Shown here: positions 8,637 to 16,522 of the stretch, piece after piece
How the letters are laid out: every line of letters begins with the position of its first letter
Numbering within the stretch: position 1 is the stretch's first letter
Origin: Candidatus Buchananbacteria bacterium CG10_big_fil_rev_8_21_14_0_10_33_19
GTDB lineage: Bacteria > Patescibacteriota > Patescibacteriia > 2-01-FULL-39-33
Direction: 5' to 3'
DNA length: 64,000 nt
Assembly: GCA_002773855.1 (NCBI GenBank)
Contig: PEZY01000012.1
Span: 4,255-68,254 of the forward strand
Translations under genes and position numbers: made by a program
Notes under the pieces: model-generated
What the model saw: only the letters and a program-made list of their open reading frames with translations
Databases searched by the model: none
What the model was told of the DNA's origin: nothing

Positions 8637-10092
8637 ATTTAGATTTTTTTAAAGCCGATCTGATCTTGGATTTGGCCATAGATGTTTTAACGCTATCGAG
8701 CCAGTCCATACTAGGCATCTTCCTGTTTTTATCGGTAATTATTTCTACAATATCGCCACTTTTTAATTTGGAGTTTAAACTAACTAAGTGATCATTAACT
8801 CTAGCTCCTACACATTGATCACCAATTGATGAATGAACATGATAAGCAAAATCAATTGGAGTTGATTCTTCTGGTAAATCAATTACATCACCGGTTGGCG
8901 TAAATACAAAAATTCTGTTTTGAAAAATATCTAATTTAATGTCATTTAAAAATTGCTCGTTATCAGCAGTTTGTTTTTGCCATTTAACTAATTCTTGAAT
9001 CCACTTTATGCTTTTTTTATTGATATTGCCCTTGTTTTCTTTATAGTTCCAGTGAGCAGCAATACCAAATTCTGCTTCCTCATGCATTTCAGTAGTTCTG
9101 ATTTGAAACTCTACAATTTCACCATTTTCGGTAAAGACCGTGGTATGTAGTGATTGATAACCATTAGGCTTGGGTTGAGCAATGTAATCTTTAACTCTGC
9201 CAGGCATTGGTCTGTAAAGGTTGTGTAGTACGCCTAATGTAGAATAACAATCGGCCACCGTTGGCACAATTATTCTGAGGGCAATTAAATCGTAAACTTT
9301 AGATAAATCACGGTTGATTAGAGGTTTTAATAATTTTTTATATAGACTGTATAAATGTTTGGTACGGCCATGAATAGAAATATTTCTAAAAGTGATGCCA
9401 GCTTCGATTAATTTTTTGGTAACTCGTTTTTTTACTTTTTCTAAATGTTTTTCTTTTTCTTTATATTTATGTGGCAATATCTCTATTATCCATTTGTAAT
9501 CTTTAGGGTGAACATATTTAAAAGACAGGTCTTCTAGCTCACCTTTGATTTTACCAATGCCTAAGCGGTCGGCAATCGGCGCGTATATCTCAAGTGACTC
9601 AGTAGCAATTCTAATTTGTTTTTCTGGTGGCAAATAATCTAAGGTTTTTAGATTATGAATACGGTCAGCAAATTTAATTAGTATCACTCTAATGTCATTA
9701 CTCATAGCTACGAACATTCGCCTTAGGTTTTCGGCGTATCTTTCCATACCACGGTATTTTAGGGCGCCGAGTTTTGTAACACCAGAAACTAAAGTAGCCA
9801 CTTCTTTGCCAAAGTTCTTTTTAATATCTTCTATTGTCACGTCAGTGTCTTCTGGTACATCATGAAGTAGGCCAGCAATAATTGTGGGCATATCCATTTT
9901 AAATTCAGCTAAAAACTGAGCTGTAGCGATGGGGTGGATTATATAGTCGTTACCAGATTTTCTTTTTTGACCAGCATGAGCGTTATTGGCAAATTCATAA
10001 GCCAATTTAACCATATCTAAATCAGCATTAGGATGTGTTTCATTAATAGTTTTTAGAAGTTTTGTAAATTGTATTTCTTTATTGGTATCCAT
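8620..10092 (-). CDS. rel: bifunctional (p)ppGpp synthetase/hydrolase Rel/SpoT family, short form (HD + synthetase + TGS, no ACT domain)
   Basis: 490 aa. The HD hydrolase region has HDVPEDT. The synthetase region has RIIVPTVADCYSTLGVLHNLYRPMPGRVKDYIAQPKPNGYQSLHTTV. A C-terminal TGS-like segment (FVFTPTGDVIDLPEESTPIDFAYHVHSSIG) is present. The protein ends right after TGS. Confidence 0.85.
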   Translation of the reverse strand: MDTNKEIQFTKLLKTINETHPNADLDMVKLAYEFANNAHAGQKRKSGNDYIIHPIATAQFLAEFKMDMPTIIAGLLHDVPEDTDVTIEDIKKNFGKEVATLVSGVTKLGALKYRGMERYAENLRRMFVAMSNDIRVILIKFADRIHNLKTLDYLPPEKQIRIATESLEIYAPIADRLGIGKIKGELEDLSFKYVHPKDYKWIIEILPHKYKEKEKHLEKVKKRVTKKLIEAGITFRNISIHGRTKHLYSLYKKLLKPLINRDLSKVYDLIALRIIVPTVADCYSTLGVLHNLYRPMPGRVKDYIAQPKPNGYQSLHTTVFTENGEIVEFQIRTTEMHEEAEFGIAAHWNYKENKGNINKKSIKWIQELVKWQKQTADNEQFLNDIKLDIFQNRIFVFTPTGDVIDLPEESTPIDFAYHVHSSIGDQCVGARVNDHLVSLNSKLKSGDIVEIITDKNRKMPSMDWLDSVKTSMAKSKIRSALKKSKLKSYR

Positions 10093-10142
10093 ATTGTGAA
10101 GTATATTGTATTTTTAAAATTTAGGCAAAAAATAGAGATTAC

Positions 10143-10171
10143 AAAAACACTGCTGGTGGGCAGTGTTTTTA
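10143..10171 (-). terminator. terminator hairpin downstream of topA (AAAACACTGC-tggtgg-GCAGTGTTTT)
   Basis: 10-bp perfect stem flanked by A- and T-runs, between the topA stop (10187) and the rel start (10092). Confidence 0.55.
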
Positions 10172-10186
10172 TAGTGGTATTGAATT

Positions 10187-12427
10187 TTATTTACAGATTT
10201 TATTAGTACATTTAATGTTACCATTTTTGTCCTCACACATTGGGTAGCCACATTTCTCGCATTTTGTGTCTAGTGGTTTATACCAAGTAGCAAAATCACA
10301 TTTTGGATAAGTATCGCAACCGTAGAAAACTCCTTTTTTACTTCTTTTGGTCACTACATTACCATCTTTGCATTGTGGACATTTTAAATTTAAGTCCTTA
10401 GCTGCTTCATTTTTAATATACTTACACTTCGGATAATTAGAACAACCTTTAAATTCTCCATAGCGACCAGTTCTAAGTACTAAATGTGAACCACACTCAG
10501 GGCATTTCTCGTCTAATTTTTGAGGCTCAGCTCGTTCTTCGGTTTGACCATTGCTTAAAATCTTTTTGGTGTTTTTACAAGTTGGATAATTTGAACAGGC
10601 TAGAAATTTACCAAAACGACCGACTTTTATCACCATGTCCGATCCACATTTGTCACATTTTTCATCAGTCTTTTCTTCGGTGATTTCTTTTTTTGTTAGT
10701 TCTTGTTCTTTGGCCATAAGGTTTTGGTTAAAGGGTTCATAAAATTCTTTGATAACTGGTTGCCACTTTTTTTTGCCTTCGGATATATCGTCAAAATTGT
10801 CTTCCATTTTGGCGGTAAAATCGTAGTCAACTATATCTGCAAAATGTTTAACTAGTAGATCATTAACTACAAAAGCAATTTCGGTTGGCTTAAGCCGTCG
10901 ATTATCTATTCTTTCAGCATAACCTCTTTCGATGACTGTGGCAATAGTTGGAGCATAAGTAGATGGTCGACCAATACCTTTTTCTTCTAGAACTTTTACT
11001 AAACTAGCATCAGAATATCTGGCTGGTGGTTGAGTGAATTTTTGAATGGGTTTAATTGCAATTAATTCCGCTTTTTCGTTTTTATCCATTTGTGGCAAGA
11101 TTTCATCTTTGGTAGCAGTGGGGTATATTTTTAAGAAACCGTCAAATTTAATAACTTGACCACTAACTCGAAAGATATATTTATCATCTTTAGTGTTAAT
11201 ATCAACTGAAGTTGCTTCTAATCTAGCTGGTGACATTTGACTAGCCACAGCTCGTTGCCAAATTAATTGGTAAAGTTTAAATTGTTGATCGTTTAATGAT
11301 CTTGCAATAGATTCCGGAGTAATTACCACCGCTGTTGGACGAATCGCTTCATGAGCTTCTTGAGCACCTTTACTCTTGGTTTTAAATTCTTTACTACTTA
11401 AATAATCTTTACCTAGGTTATCTTTTATGTAGTCCGCTGCTTCAGCAGTAAATTTTTTAGATAGATTGGTGGAGTCGGTTCTCATATAAGTAATTAAACC
11501 CACAGAGTCACCATTTATTTCTATGCCTTCATAAAGTTTTTGAGCGACCATCATAGTTTGTTTAGCCGAAAAATGTAAGCGTCGATTAGCTTCTTGTTGT
11601 AGAGTGGAGGTGGTAAAAGGAGGATTAGAATTCCTTTTGGTTTCCTTTTTTACAATTTCAGAAATATAATAATCATTGCCTTCTAATTTTTCTTGTAGTT
11701 TTGTGGCTTCGGCTTCGTTTTTGATTGCTAATTTGTCCAAGGTTTTGCCACTTACTTTATGAAGTCTAGCAGTAAAGTCTTCTTGTTTTTCGGTTTTAAA
11801 GTCACCAGTTATTTCCCAATGCTCTTCAATTTTAAAATCTTGTATTTCCCTTTCTTTTTCTACTACTAGTCTTACTACTACTGATTGAACTCGACCAGCA
11901 GACAAGCCACGAGCTACTTTTTTCCACAAAAATGGTGATAGCTTATAACCAACTAGCCTGTCTAAAATTCTCCTAGCTTGTTGAGAATCTACCATATTAA
12001 TATCAATAGTACGGGGATTGTCTAAGGCCTCTTTGATAGCTTCCTCGGTAATTTCATGAAAAGTAATTCTCTTACTTTTGCTGGCTGGAGTTTTAAATAT
12101 TTGTGCTAAATGCCAAGAAATAGCTTCACCTTCACGGTCTTCGTCAGTAGCGAAATATACTAGGTCGGCTTTCTTGGCTAGTTCAGTCAATTCTTTGACT
12201 CGTTTTTTGGCTTTAGTAGGAATAGTATAGGTTGGTTCAAAATTGTTTTCAACATCGACACCGATTTTACTGGCTGGTAAATCTCGCACATGACCAAAAG
12301 AAGATTCTACTTTAAAATCTTTGGATAAAAATTTGGAGATTGTTTTGGCTTTAGTTGGTGACTCAACTATGACTAGATTTTTCATTTTGGTATGTTTAAT
12401 TTTTGATATAATTTTTCCCGCCAACAT
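10187..12427 (-). CDS. topA: DNA topoisomerase I with C-terminal zinc-ribbon repeats
   Basis: 746 aa. Toprim LVIVESPTKAKTI and FATDEDREGEAISWH are present, with the active-site Tyr region GLITYMRTDST. The C-terminus has three C4 zinc fingers (CDKCGS...C, CPECGS...C, CPQCKDG...C). Confidence 0.95.
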   Translation of the reverse strand: MLAGKIISKIKHTKMKNLVIVESPTKAKTISKFLSKDFKVESSFGHVRDLPASKIGVDVENNFEPTYTIPTKAKKRVKELTELAKKADLVYFATDEDREGEAISWHLAQIFKTPASKSKRITFHEITEEAIKEALDNPRTIDINMVDSQQARRILDRLVGYKLSPFLWKKVARGLSAGRVQSVVVRLVVEKEREIQDFKIEEHWEITGDFKTEKQEDFTARLHKVSGKTLDKLAIKNEAEATKLQEKLEGNDYYISEIVKKETKRNSNPPFTTSTLQQEANRRLHFSAKQTMMVAQKLYEGIEINGDSVGLITYMRTDSTNLSKKFTAEAADYIKDNLGKDYLSSKEFKTKSKGAQEAHEAIRPTAVVITPESIARSLNDQQFKLYQLIWQRAVASQMSPARLEATSVDINTKDDKYIFRVSGQVIKFDGFLKIYPTATKDEILPQMDKNEKAELIAIKPIQKFTQPPARYSDASLVKVLEEKGIGRPSTYAPTIATVIERGYAERIDNRRLKPTEIAFVVNDLLVKHFADIVDYDFTAKMEDNFDDISEGKKKWQPVIKEFYEPFNQNLMAKEQELTKKEITEEKTDEKCDKCGSDMVIKVGRFGKFLACSNYPTCKNTKKILSNGQTEERAEPQKLDEKCPECGSHLVLRTGRYGEFKGCSNYPKCKYIKNEAAKDLNLKCPQCKDGNVVTKRSKKGVFYGCDTYPKCDFATWYKPLDTKCEKCGYPMCEDKNGNIKCTNKICK

Positions 12428-13514
12428 CTTTTATTAGACCTTTTATTTCCATCATCGTCAAGGTGCTCAGTAAGACATTAATGTTAAGTGTACTCATTTT
12501 TTTGATTTTGTCAATGTGAAATGGTTCACGTGATAGTAAATTAAAAACAATTTTTTCGGCTTCGGTGTCAATTTTTGGTTCACATTTTATATCATCAAAG
12601 ACAGTTTGAATTTTTAATTCTTGTAGTATGTCGGCGGCATTGGTGACTAACTTGGCACCTTCTTTGATTAGATTATTAGTCCCTTCTGAATTATGATTAT
12701 AGATATTGCCTGGGATGGCAAAGATGTCTCTGTTTTGATCAAGAGCGTATTTGGCAGTAATTAACGAACCAGAGCTACGTGGCGCTTCTATAACCAGTAT
12801 AGCTTTGGATAAGCCAGAGACAATTCTGTTTCTCATAGGGAAAGTGTATTTGGTGGGATTGGTACCGACTGGATATTCACTAACAATACCACCGCCAGTA
12901 GCTAATATTCTGTCAGCGATATAGCGATTGCTGGAAGGATATACACATTGCTTGTCAGCGCCAGATCCTAGGACAGCCATAGTTTTGCCACTAGCGTCTA
13001 AACAGGTCTTATGCGCAATAACATCAATACCTAAGGCTAGACCAGAAATAATAGTAATGTTATTTTTGGTGAGTTGACCAACTATGTCTTCGGTTACTTG
13101 TTTGCCGTAGCTAGTAAATTTTCTGGTGCCAATAACTGCTAAACAAATATTGTTTAAAAAATCTAAAGAACCACGATAATATAAAATTGGTGGGGGATTA
13201 AATATTTCTTTTAAGTTAGTCGGATAATTATTATCAATTAAAGTAACAGCTAAAACATTTTCTTTGGCCATTAGTTCTATTTCAGCATCAGGATTTATGG
13301 CTGGACGGCTGATTATGATTTCGTTGACTAACTTTTCATCTAGGCCGGCCGATATTAATTCGTGGTGATTGGCTGCCCAGGCTTTTTTCATATCAGTAAA
13401 AAAATCGATCAGTTTTTTAAAATTTACTGGACCGATTTTGGAAATTTTAGAATAAGCCACCCAATATTTTAGGTGCTGATTAGTGTTTTTATTTTGTTCA
13501 TTTAATCCCTCCAC
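12396..13514 (-). CDS. dprA: DNA processing protein DprA (Smf), overlapping topA by 32 nt in the conserved dprA-topA arrangement
   Basis: 372 aa. Rossmann-like core ...IISGLALGIDVIAHKTCL...GKTMAVLGSGAD... plus a C-terminal winged-helix-like tail. Gene order dprA-topA is conserved. Confidence 0.85.
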   Translation of the reverse strand: MEGLNEQNKNTNQHLKYWVAYSKISKIGPVNFKKLIDFFTDMKKAWAANHHELISAGLDEKLVNEIIISRPAINPDAEIELMAKENVLAVTLIDNNYPTNLKEIFNPPPILYYRGSLDFLNNICLAVIGTRKFTSYGKQVTEDIVGQLTKNNITIISGLALGIDVIAHKTCLDASGKTMAVLGSGADKQCVYPSSNRYIADRILATGGGIVSEYPVGTNPTKYTFPMRNRIVSGLSKAILVIEAPRSSGSLITAKYALDQNRDIFAIPGNIYNHNSEGTNNLIKEGAKLVTNAADILQELKIQTVFDDIKCEPKIDTEAEKIVFNLLSREPFHIDKIKKMSTLNINVLLSTLTMMEIKGLIKDVGGKNYIKN

Positions 13515-13739
13515 TGGTTTAAATTATTAAAATAATTAATATTGACAAATGCGATTTAATGTGATAATGTCTGAAAATATAAGAAGGTAATAGATATTAT
13601 TCTGTCTGCTAGTTGATAGATCTAGTTATCCCCCCTCCTGGTGACTTGATTTATCGCCAAACTATGATTCATTCATTTATGGATGACTTCATATACTAGT
13701 AGGCAGTATAATATCTATTATTATTTGTACCTTTTCAAG

Positions 13740-13815
13740 GCGAGGGTAGCCAAATTGGTAAGGCGGAAGTCTGCAAAGCTTCTAATTGTTGGTTCGAGTC
13801 CAGCTCCTTGCTCCA
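13740..13815 (+). tRNA. tRNA-Cys(GCA), CCA encoded
   Basis: GCGAGGG-TA-GCC-AAATTGGTAA-GGC-G-GAAGT-CUGCAAA-GCTTC-TAATT-GTTGG-TTCGAGT-CCAGC-TCCTTGC-T-CCA. Canonical 76-nt cloverleaf with two G-U pairs in the acceptor stem. Confidence 0.85.
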
Positions 13816-13851
13816 AGCCTACAGTCGTGTTTTAAGACACGTTAGTTCTTA

Positions 13852-13927
13852 CGGGATATAGCTCAATGAATAGAGCGCTCTGCCTAGTGTAGAGAGGTTG
13901 GTGGTCCAAATCCACTTATCCCGACCA
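13852..13927 (+). tRNA. tRNA of uncertain identity; canonical 76-nt cloverleaf but atypical anticodon loop CCUAGUG (nominal anticodon UAG; C33 and U37)
   Basis: CGGGATA-TA-GCTC-AATGAATA-GAGC-G-CTCTG-CCTAGTG-TAGAG-AGGTT-GGTGG-TCCAAAT-CCACT-TATCCCG-A-CCA. The short variable arm argues against a standard tRNA-Leu despite the UAG triplet. An alternative fold gives a 6-bp stem with a 5-nt loop CUAGU. Confidence 0.65.
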
Positions 13928-13942
13928 ATAACATTAACCAGT

Positions 13943-14029
13943 GCTCGTGTGGTGAAATTGGCAGACACGACGGACTTAAAATCCGTTGATCGTAAGATCA
14001 TGAGGGTTCAAGTCCCTTCTCGAGCACCA
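13943..14029 (+). tRNA. tRNA-Leu(TAA), class II with long variable arm, CCA encoded
   Basis: GCTCGTG-TG-GTGAAATTGGCAGACAC-G-ACGGA-CUUAAAA-TCCGT-TGATCGTAAGATCATGA-GGGTTCAAGTCCCTT-CTCGAGC-A-CCA. One U-U mismatch in the acceptor stem. A T-run follows the gene. Confidence 0.85.
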
Positions 14030-14042
14030 TTTTTTATAAAGT

Positions 14043-14118
14043 GGGAGTGTTAATTCAATTGGTTAGAACGTCGGCCACTGCCGATTAATGGGGGTTCGAG
14101 TCCCTCACGCTCCCGCCA
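14043..14118 (+). tRNA. tRNA-like gene with canonical D and T arms but an anomalous anticodon arm (6-nt loop CCACUG; no position 26), possible G-1/C73 His-like acceptor; possible tRNA pseudogene
   Basis: It has a perfect B-box (GGTTCGAGTCC) and a D-loop AATTGGTTAGAAC. The acceptor GGAGTGT pairs with ACGCTCC. Positions 1-73 span only 71 nt. No canonical 5-bp/7-nt anticodon arm can be drawn. The 3' end is C-GCCA. Confidence 0.4.
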
Positions 14119-14119
14119 T

Positions 14120-14686
14120 TTAATTAAACTTGTTCATGGCACTAGTTAGCGAAACATTCGTCACCTCTTCAATTGCGGAGGTGACTTTTTTTATTACTTC
14201 TTTTGCCTTGCTAGATTGTAATAAGCCAATTTTGGTCATGACATAATTAGCGCTGCCGATTTTTTCTTTTTTAGGTGTAGTTATGCCAATTTTAATTCTG
14301 ATAAAATCTTGAGTTTTAAGATATTGAATTATAGATTTAATACCATTGTGGCCGCCGGCTGATGAATTTTTGATTATCTTTAGACGACCTAATGGCAAAT
14401 CAATGTCATCATGAATAACAATAATGTCTTCAGGGTTTAGTTTATAATATTTAGCTATGGTTAGAACTGCGGACCCAGAATTATTCATAAAAGTTAACGG
14501 TTTTACGAGAATAATTTTTTCGTCACCAATATGACCGGTGGTTATTTCGGCTTTAAATTTTTTGTCAGCTTTAAATTTTTCAAAATTAAAAACATCAGCA
14601 ATATTATCCAAAGCTAAAAAACCAATGTTGTGCCAAGTTTTTAAATATTCTTTGCCCGGATTACCCAGGCCGATAACAAGCTTCAT
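14120..14686 (-). CDS. pth: peptidyl-tRNA hydrolase
   Basis: 188 aa. The protein starts MKLVIGLGNPGKEYLKTWHNIGFLALD. The catalytic His is in HNIG, and later GGHNGIKS. Bacterial Pth family. Confidence 0.9.
   Translation of the reverse strand: MKLVIGLGNPGKEYLKTWHNIGFLALDNIADVFNFEKFKADKKFKAEITTGHIGDEKIILVKPLTFMNNSGSAVLTIAKYYKLNPEDIIVIHDDIDLPLGRLKIIKNSSAGGHNGIKSIIQYLKTQDFIRIKIGITTPKKEKIGSANYVMTKIGLLQSSKAKEVIKKVTSAIEEVTNVSLTSAMNKFN
14160..14193 (+). terminator. plus-strand terminator for the tRNA cluster, embedded inside the 3' coding end of convergent pth
   Basis: GTCACCTC-ttcaattgcg-GAGGTGAC followed by TTTTTTT, about 42 nt downstream of the last tRNA-like gene. It lies within the last roughly 25 codons of pth on the opposite strand. 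Confidence 0.55.
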
Positions 14687-14710
14687 AAATATTTTATTAA
14701 ATAATTTTAC

Positions 14711-14998
14711 TTAGTTATACAAACTGAAGTAATATAATATAACTGCCATATTAATAAAAACTAGAGAAGAAAAAATAATGATAAGTGGTCTGCTTTTTGA
14801 AATATCTTTAGTCCTAAAAATAATCGCAAGTAAAATTATTTGGAAAACATTAAAACAAACTGCAAACCAAAAAAATAATACTGAGTATCCTCTTAGTATT
14901 ATCGCTGCTGAAAATGCTATATTTGCTAGAAGTGATAAAGCAAATAAAACTAGTGAAATTGGAAAAAATATTGATAGAAAATTATTTAATAGTCGCAT
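14711..14998 (-). CDS. hypothetical small membrane protein (3 TM) between der and pth
   Basis: 95 aa, strongly hydrophobic with 3 predicted helices. Same strand and tight spacing as der and pth. No motif. The overlapping + ORF 14778..15020 is presumed spurious. Confidence 0.35.
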   Translation of the reverse strand: MRLLNNFLSIFFPISLVLFALSLLANIAFSAAIILRGYSVLFFWFAVCFNVFQIILLAIIFRTKDISKSRPLIIIFSSLVFINMAVILYYFSLYN

Positions 14999-15021
14999 TC
15001 TCTTTAAAATTAATTTTTAAA

Positions 15022-16488
15022 TTATTTTTTATTTTTCTTTTTTTCGTTTTTCTTTTTGCCCAGTCCAGATGATCTGCGTTTAGCAATGTCTTCAGTAGTG
15101 CCGTATTTTTTGTTTTCTTTGGATTCAATGGATACATTCCATTTTTTAGTTTCTAGTTGAATTGGTGTGCCTAAGATATTAAATTTAGTACGGATATTAT
15201 TTTGTAAAAATCTTAAATAAGAGAAATGTAGAATCACTGGATCATTAACGTAAACCAAAAATCTGGGAGGATTAATGCCAATTTGTTCTATTTTATAAAT
15301 GTATGGATTTTTTAAACCTCGGCCACGAGATGGTCGATGACGACTGATTTGATATTTTAGAAATTTATCTAATTGACTGTTAGAAATTTGAATTTGTTTG
15401 GATTTTTGAATGTCAATTATCATGTCTAATATTTTTCTGGTTCTGACCTCGTCTTTAGCCGAAACAAAAATAATTGGGGCCCACCACAAATAAGGAAATT
15501 GGTTGTAATAATATTCCACGTATTGATTAATAGTGTTGGTATCCTTCTCGGGAATTAAATCCCATTTATTGGCGACGATAATAAGTGATTTACCACTTTC
15601 TAATATTTCTTGAGTTACTTTTTTATCAATAGAATCAATTTTCTTTTGTGACTCAGTCACAAAAACCACTACATCAGCTTGATCAATAGTACTGATAGAT
15701 TTTTCGATAGATTTTCGTTCTAAAGTTTTATGACCAACTTTGCTTTTTCTAACAATACCAGCGGTATCAATTAAAATAAAATTATTGTCCTTGTAAGAGA
15801 ATTCAATATCATGTGATTCGCGAGTAGTGTGAGCCACATCGGTAACAATTACTCGTTCTTCGCCCAGAATAGAATTTAAAATAGAAGATTTACCAACATT
15901 GGGTTTGCCGACAATAGCCACTTTAACTTCTGGTTGTTTTTTTTCTGGTTTTATTTTTATTTTTCTTTTTGGTAGTAACCCAGACAATACATCTAGTAAA
16001 TCACCACAACCAGAGCCATTGGCCGCCGAGATCATATGAGGCTCGCCCAGATTAAGAGAATAAAGATCACCAGCCATTTGGTGATATTTTAGAGAGTCAG
16101 CTTTATTGCCAACTAGTACTACTTTGTCTCTTTTACCGTTTTTAATTATTTCTCTGGCTAGCTCTTTATCCATTGGCATAATGCCATCTTTAATATCAAT
16201 CATAAATAATATGATATCGGCGTCTTCGATGGCTTTGTAGGCTTGTTTGACGATATTCTTTTCGATTTTGCCGGCCTTGTTCTTTTCGATATCTAGACCA
16301 CCAGTATCAATTAAGATAAAGGTTTTACCCTGCCAAGAAACTTTATCAATATTACGGTCACGAGTCGTACCAGAGATAGGCGAAACAATCGCCTTGTTTT
16401 TTTCAACTAAGCGATTAAAGAGGGTGGATTTGCCAACATTGGCTCGGCCAACCATGGCAATTTGTGGTAATGTTGTTTTCATAATCAT
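15022..16488 (-). CDS. der: ribosome-associated GTPase Der/EngA (tandem GTPase domains + KH-like domain) with lysine-rich C-terminal tail
   Basis: 488 aa. Two G1 motifs (GRANVGKSTLFN and GKPNVGKSSILN), two DTGG/DTAG G3 motifs, and NKAD/NKWD G4 motifs. C-terminal basic tail GLGKKKNEKKKNKK. Confidence 0.9.
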   Translation of the reverse strand: MIMKTTLPQIAMVGRANVGKSTLFNRLVEKNKAIVSPISGTTRDRNIDKVSWQGKTFILIDTGGLDIEKNKAGKIEKNIVKQAYKAIEDADIILFMIDIKDGIMPMDKELAREIIKNGKRDKVVLVGNKADSLKYHQMAGDLYSLNLGEPHMISAANGSGCGDLLDVLSGLLPKRKIKIKPEKKQPEVKVAIVGKPNVGKSSILNSILGEERVIVTDVAHTTRESHDIEFSYKDNNFILIDTAGIVRKSKVGHKTLERKSIEKSISTIDQADVVVFVTESQKKIDSIDKKVTQEILESGKSLIIVANKWDLIPEKDTNTINQYVEYYYNQFPYLWWAPIIFVSAKDEVRTRKILDMIIDIQKSKQIQISNSQLDKFLKYQISRHRPSRGRGLKNPYIYKIEQIGINPPRFLVYVNDPVILHFSYLRFLQNNIRTKFNILGTPIQLETKKWNVSIESKENKKYGTTEDIAKRRSSGLGKKKNEKKKNKK

Positions 16489-16522
16489 TATAGTAGCTTA
16501 AATCGCCATTTTTAGCAATAGT

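Noticed and set aside
13544-13572. Plus-strand TTGACA-17-TAATGT promoter-like match about 170 nt upstream of tRNA-Cys
   Set aside because: A second, closer -10 (TATAAT at 13708..13713) also exists. Neither can be chosen from sequence alone, and the region also has to host the dprA promoter on the other strand. Left uncalled.
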